From contig NC_043003.1 in the NCBI RefSeq assembly GCF_006345805.1, positions 78,058,001-78,122,000 of the forward strand: a stretch of 64,000 bases of DNA. The letters are read 5' to 3'. Numbering within the stretch: the stretch's first letter is position 1; every line of letters starts with the position of its first letter. The translations under genes were made by a program, and so were the position numbers. This stretch comes from Octopus sinensis. Its lineage: Eukaryota. The notes beneath the pieces were generated by a model. It ran no database searches, was not told the origin of the DNA, and saw only the letters and a list, made by a program, of their open reading frames with translations. Of this stretch, positions 63,630-64,000 are shown one piece after another.

Positions 63630-64000
63630 GTAAGGGCTAATTTTATTTTCATGTCTGTTTTTGATATATTGTTTAGACCCAGATCAGCTTTTAAAAAGGA
63701 ACCCTTTGCTCTAGGCTTCATTCAATTTATTATAACCTTTACACATGCACACGGTACACACTAAACACATACACACATAAGTGCATGCACATCGAAATAA
63801 TTACCAGAAGGTAATGGAATAAGGACAAGAAGAGACACCTGGAATGGTGTCACTGATGAGGTTACAGAATGTGCAAATAAAGAACTTTGACAGGCATATC
63901 TACTACAAATAATATGAATAATGTGTGTTTAATTGGCAAAAAAAAAAAATGACCATACCCAAATTTTAAAATAAATTACGCTTTGCACCTAAATATGTGA

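Overview
AT-rich, microsatellite- and retroposon-dense animal DNA. The SINE families present lead me to infer an Octopus (cephalopod) genome. The window lies almost entirely inside the 5' part of a + strand kinesin-4 gene of the KIF21A/B type. Three coding exons of the motor domain are recognisable (35666-35845, 50089-50131, 63447-63629), all GT-AG and phase-compatible. They are separated by introns of 14,243 and 13,315 bp. The first coding exon was not found and probably lies upstream of base 1; the first ~2.3 kb is visibly CpG-rich, as expected near a promoter. The introns hold many mobile elements: at least three tRNA-derived SINE families; RTE, Tx1/L1, CR1, Ingi/Vingi, CRE and Gypsy relics; a near-intact mariner with one 1-bp frameshift; an older mariner; an internally deleted piggyBac; and TTAA, TA and 8-bp-TSD (Merlin-type) MITEs. 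The most interesting signals are: (1) a Penelope-type minimal hammerhead ribozyme inside a ~110-bp-arm palindrome whose other arm carries an inactivated copy; (2) a second hammerhead core on the minus strand; (3) a SINE family with two alternative 3' tails, one shared with a Tx1-like LINE end in the same window; (4) a 63-bp near-perfect local copy that crosses a repeat/unique boundary. Almost all short ORFs in the supplied track are microsatellite or repeat noise. I saw no CRISPR array, rRNA, true tRNA or TnpB/Fanzor-like ORF. Family assignments come from motif recognition, not database searches.
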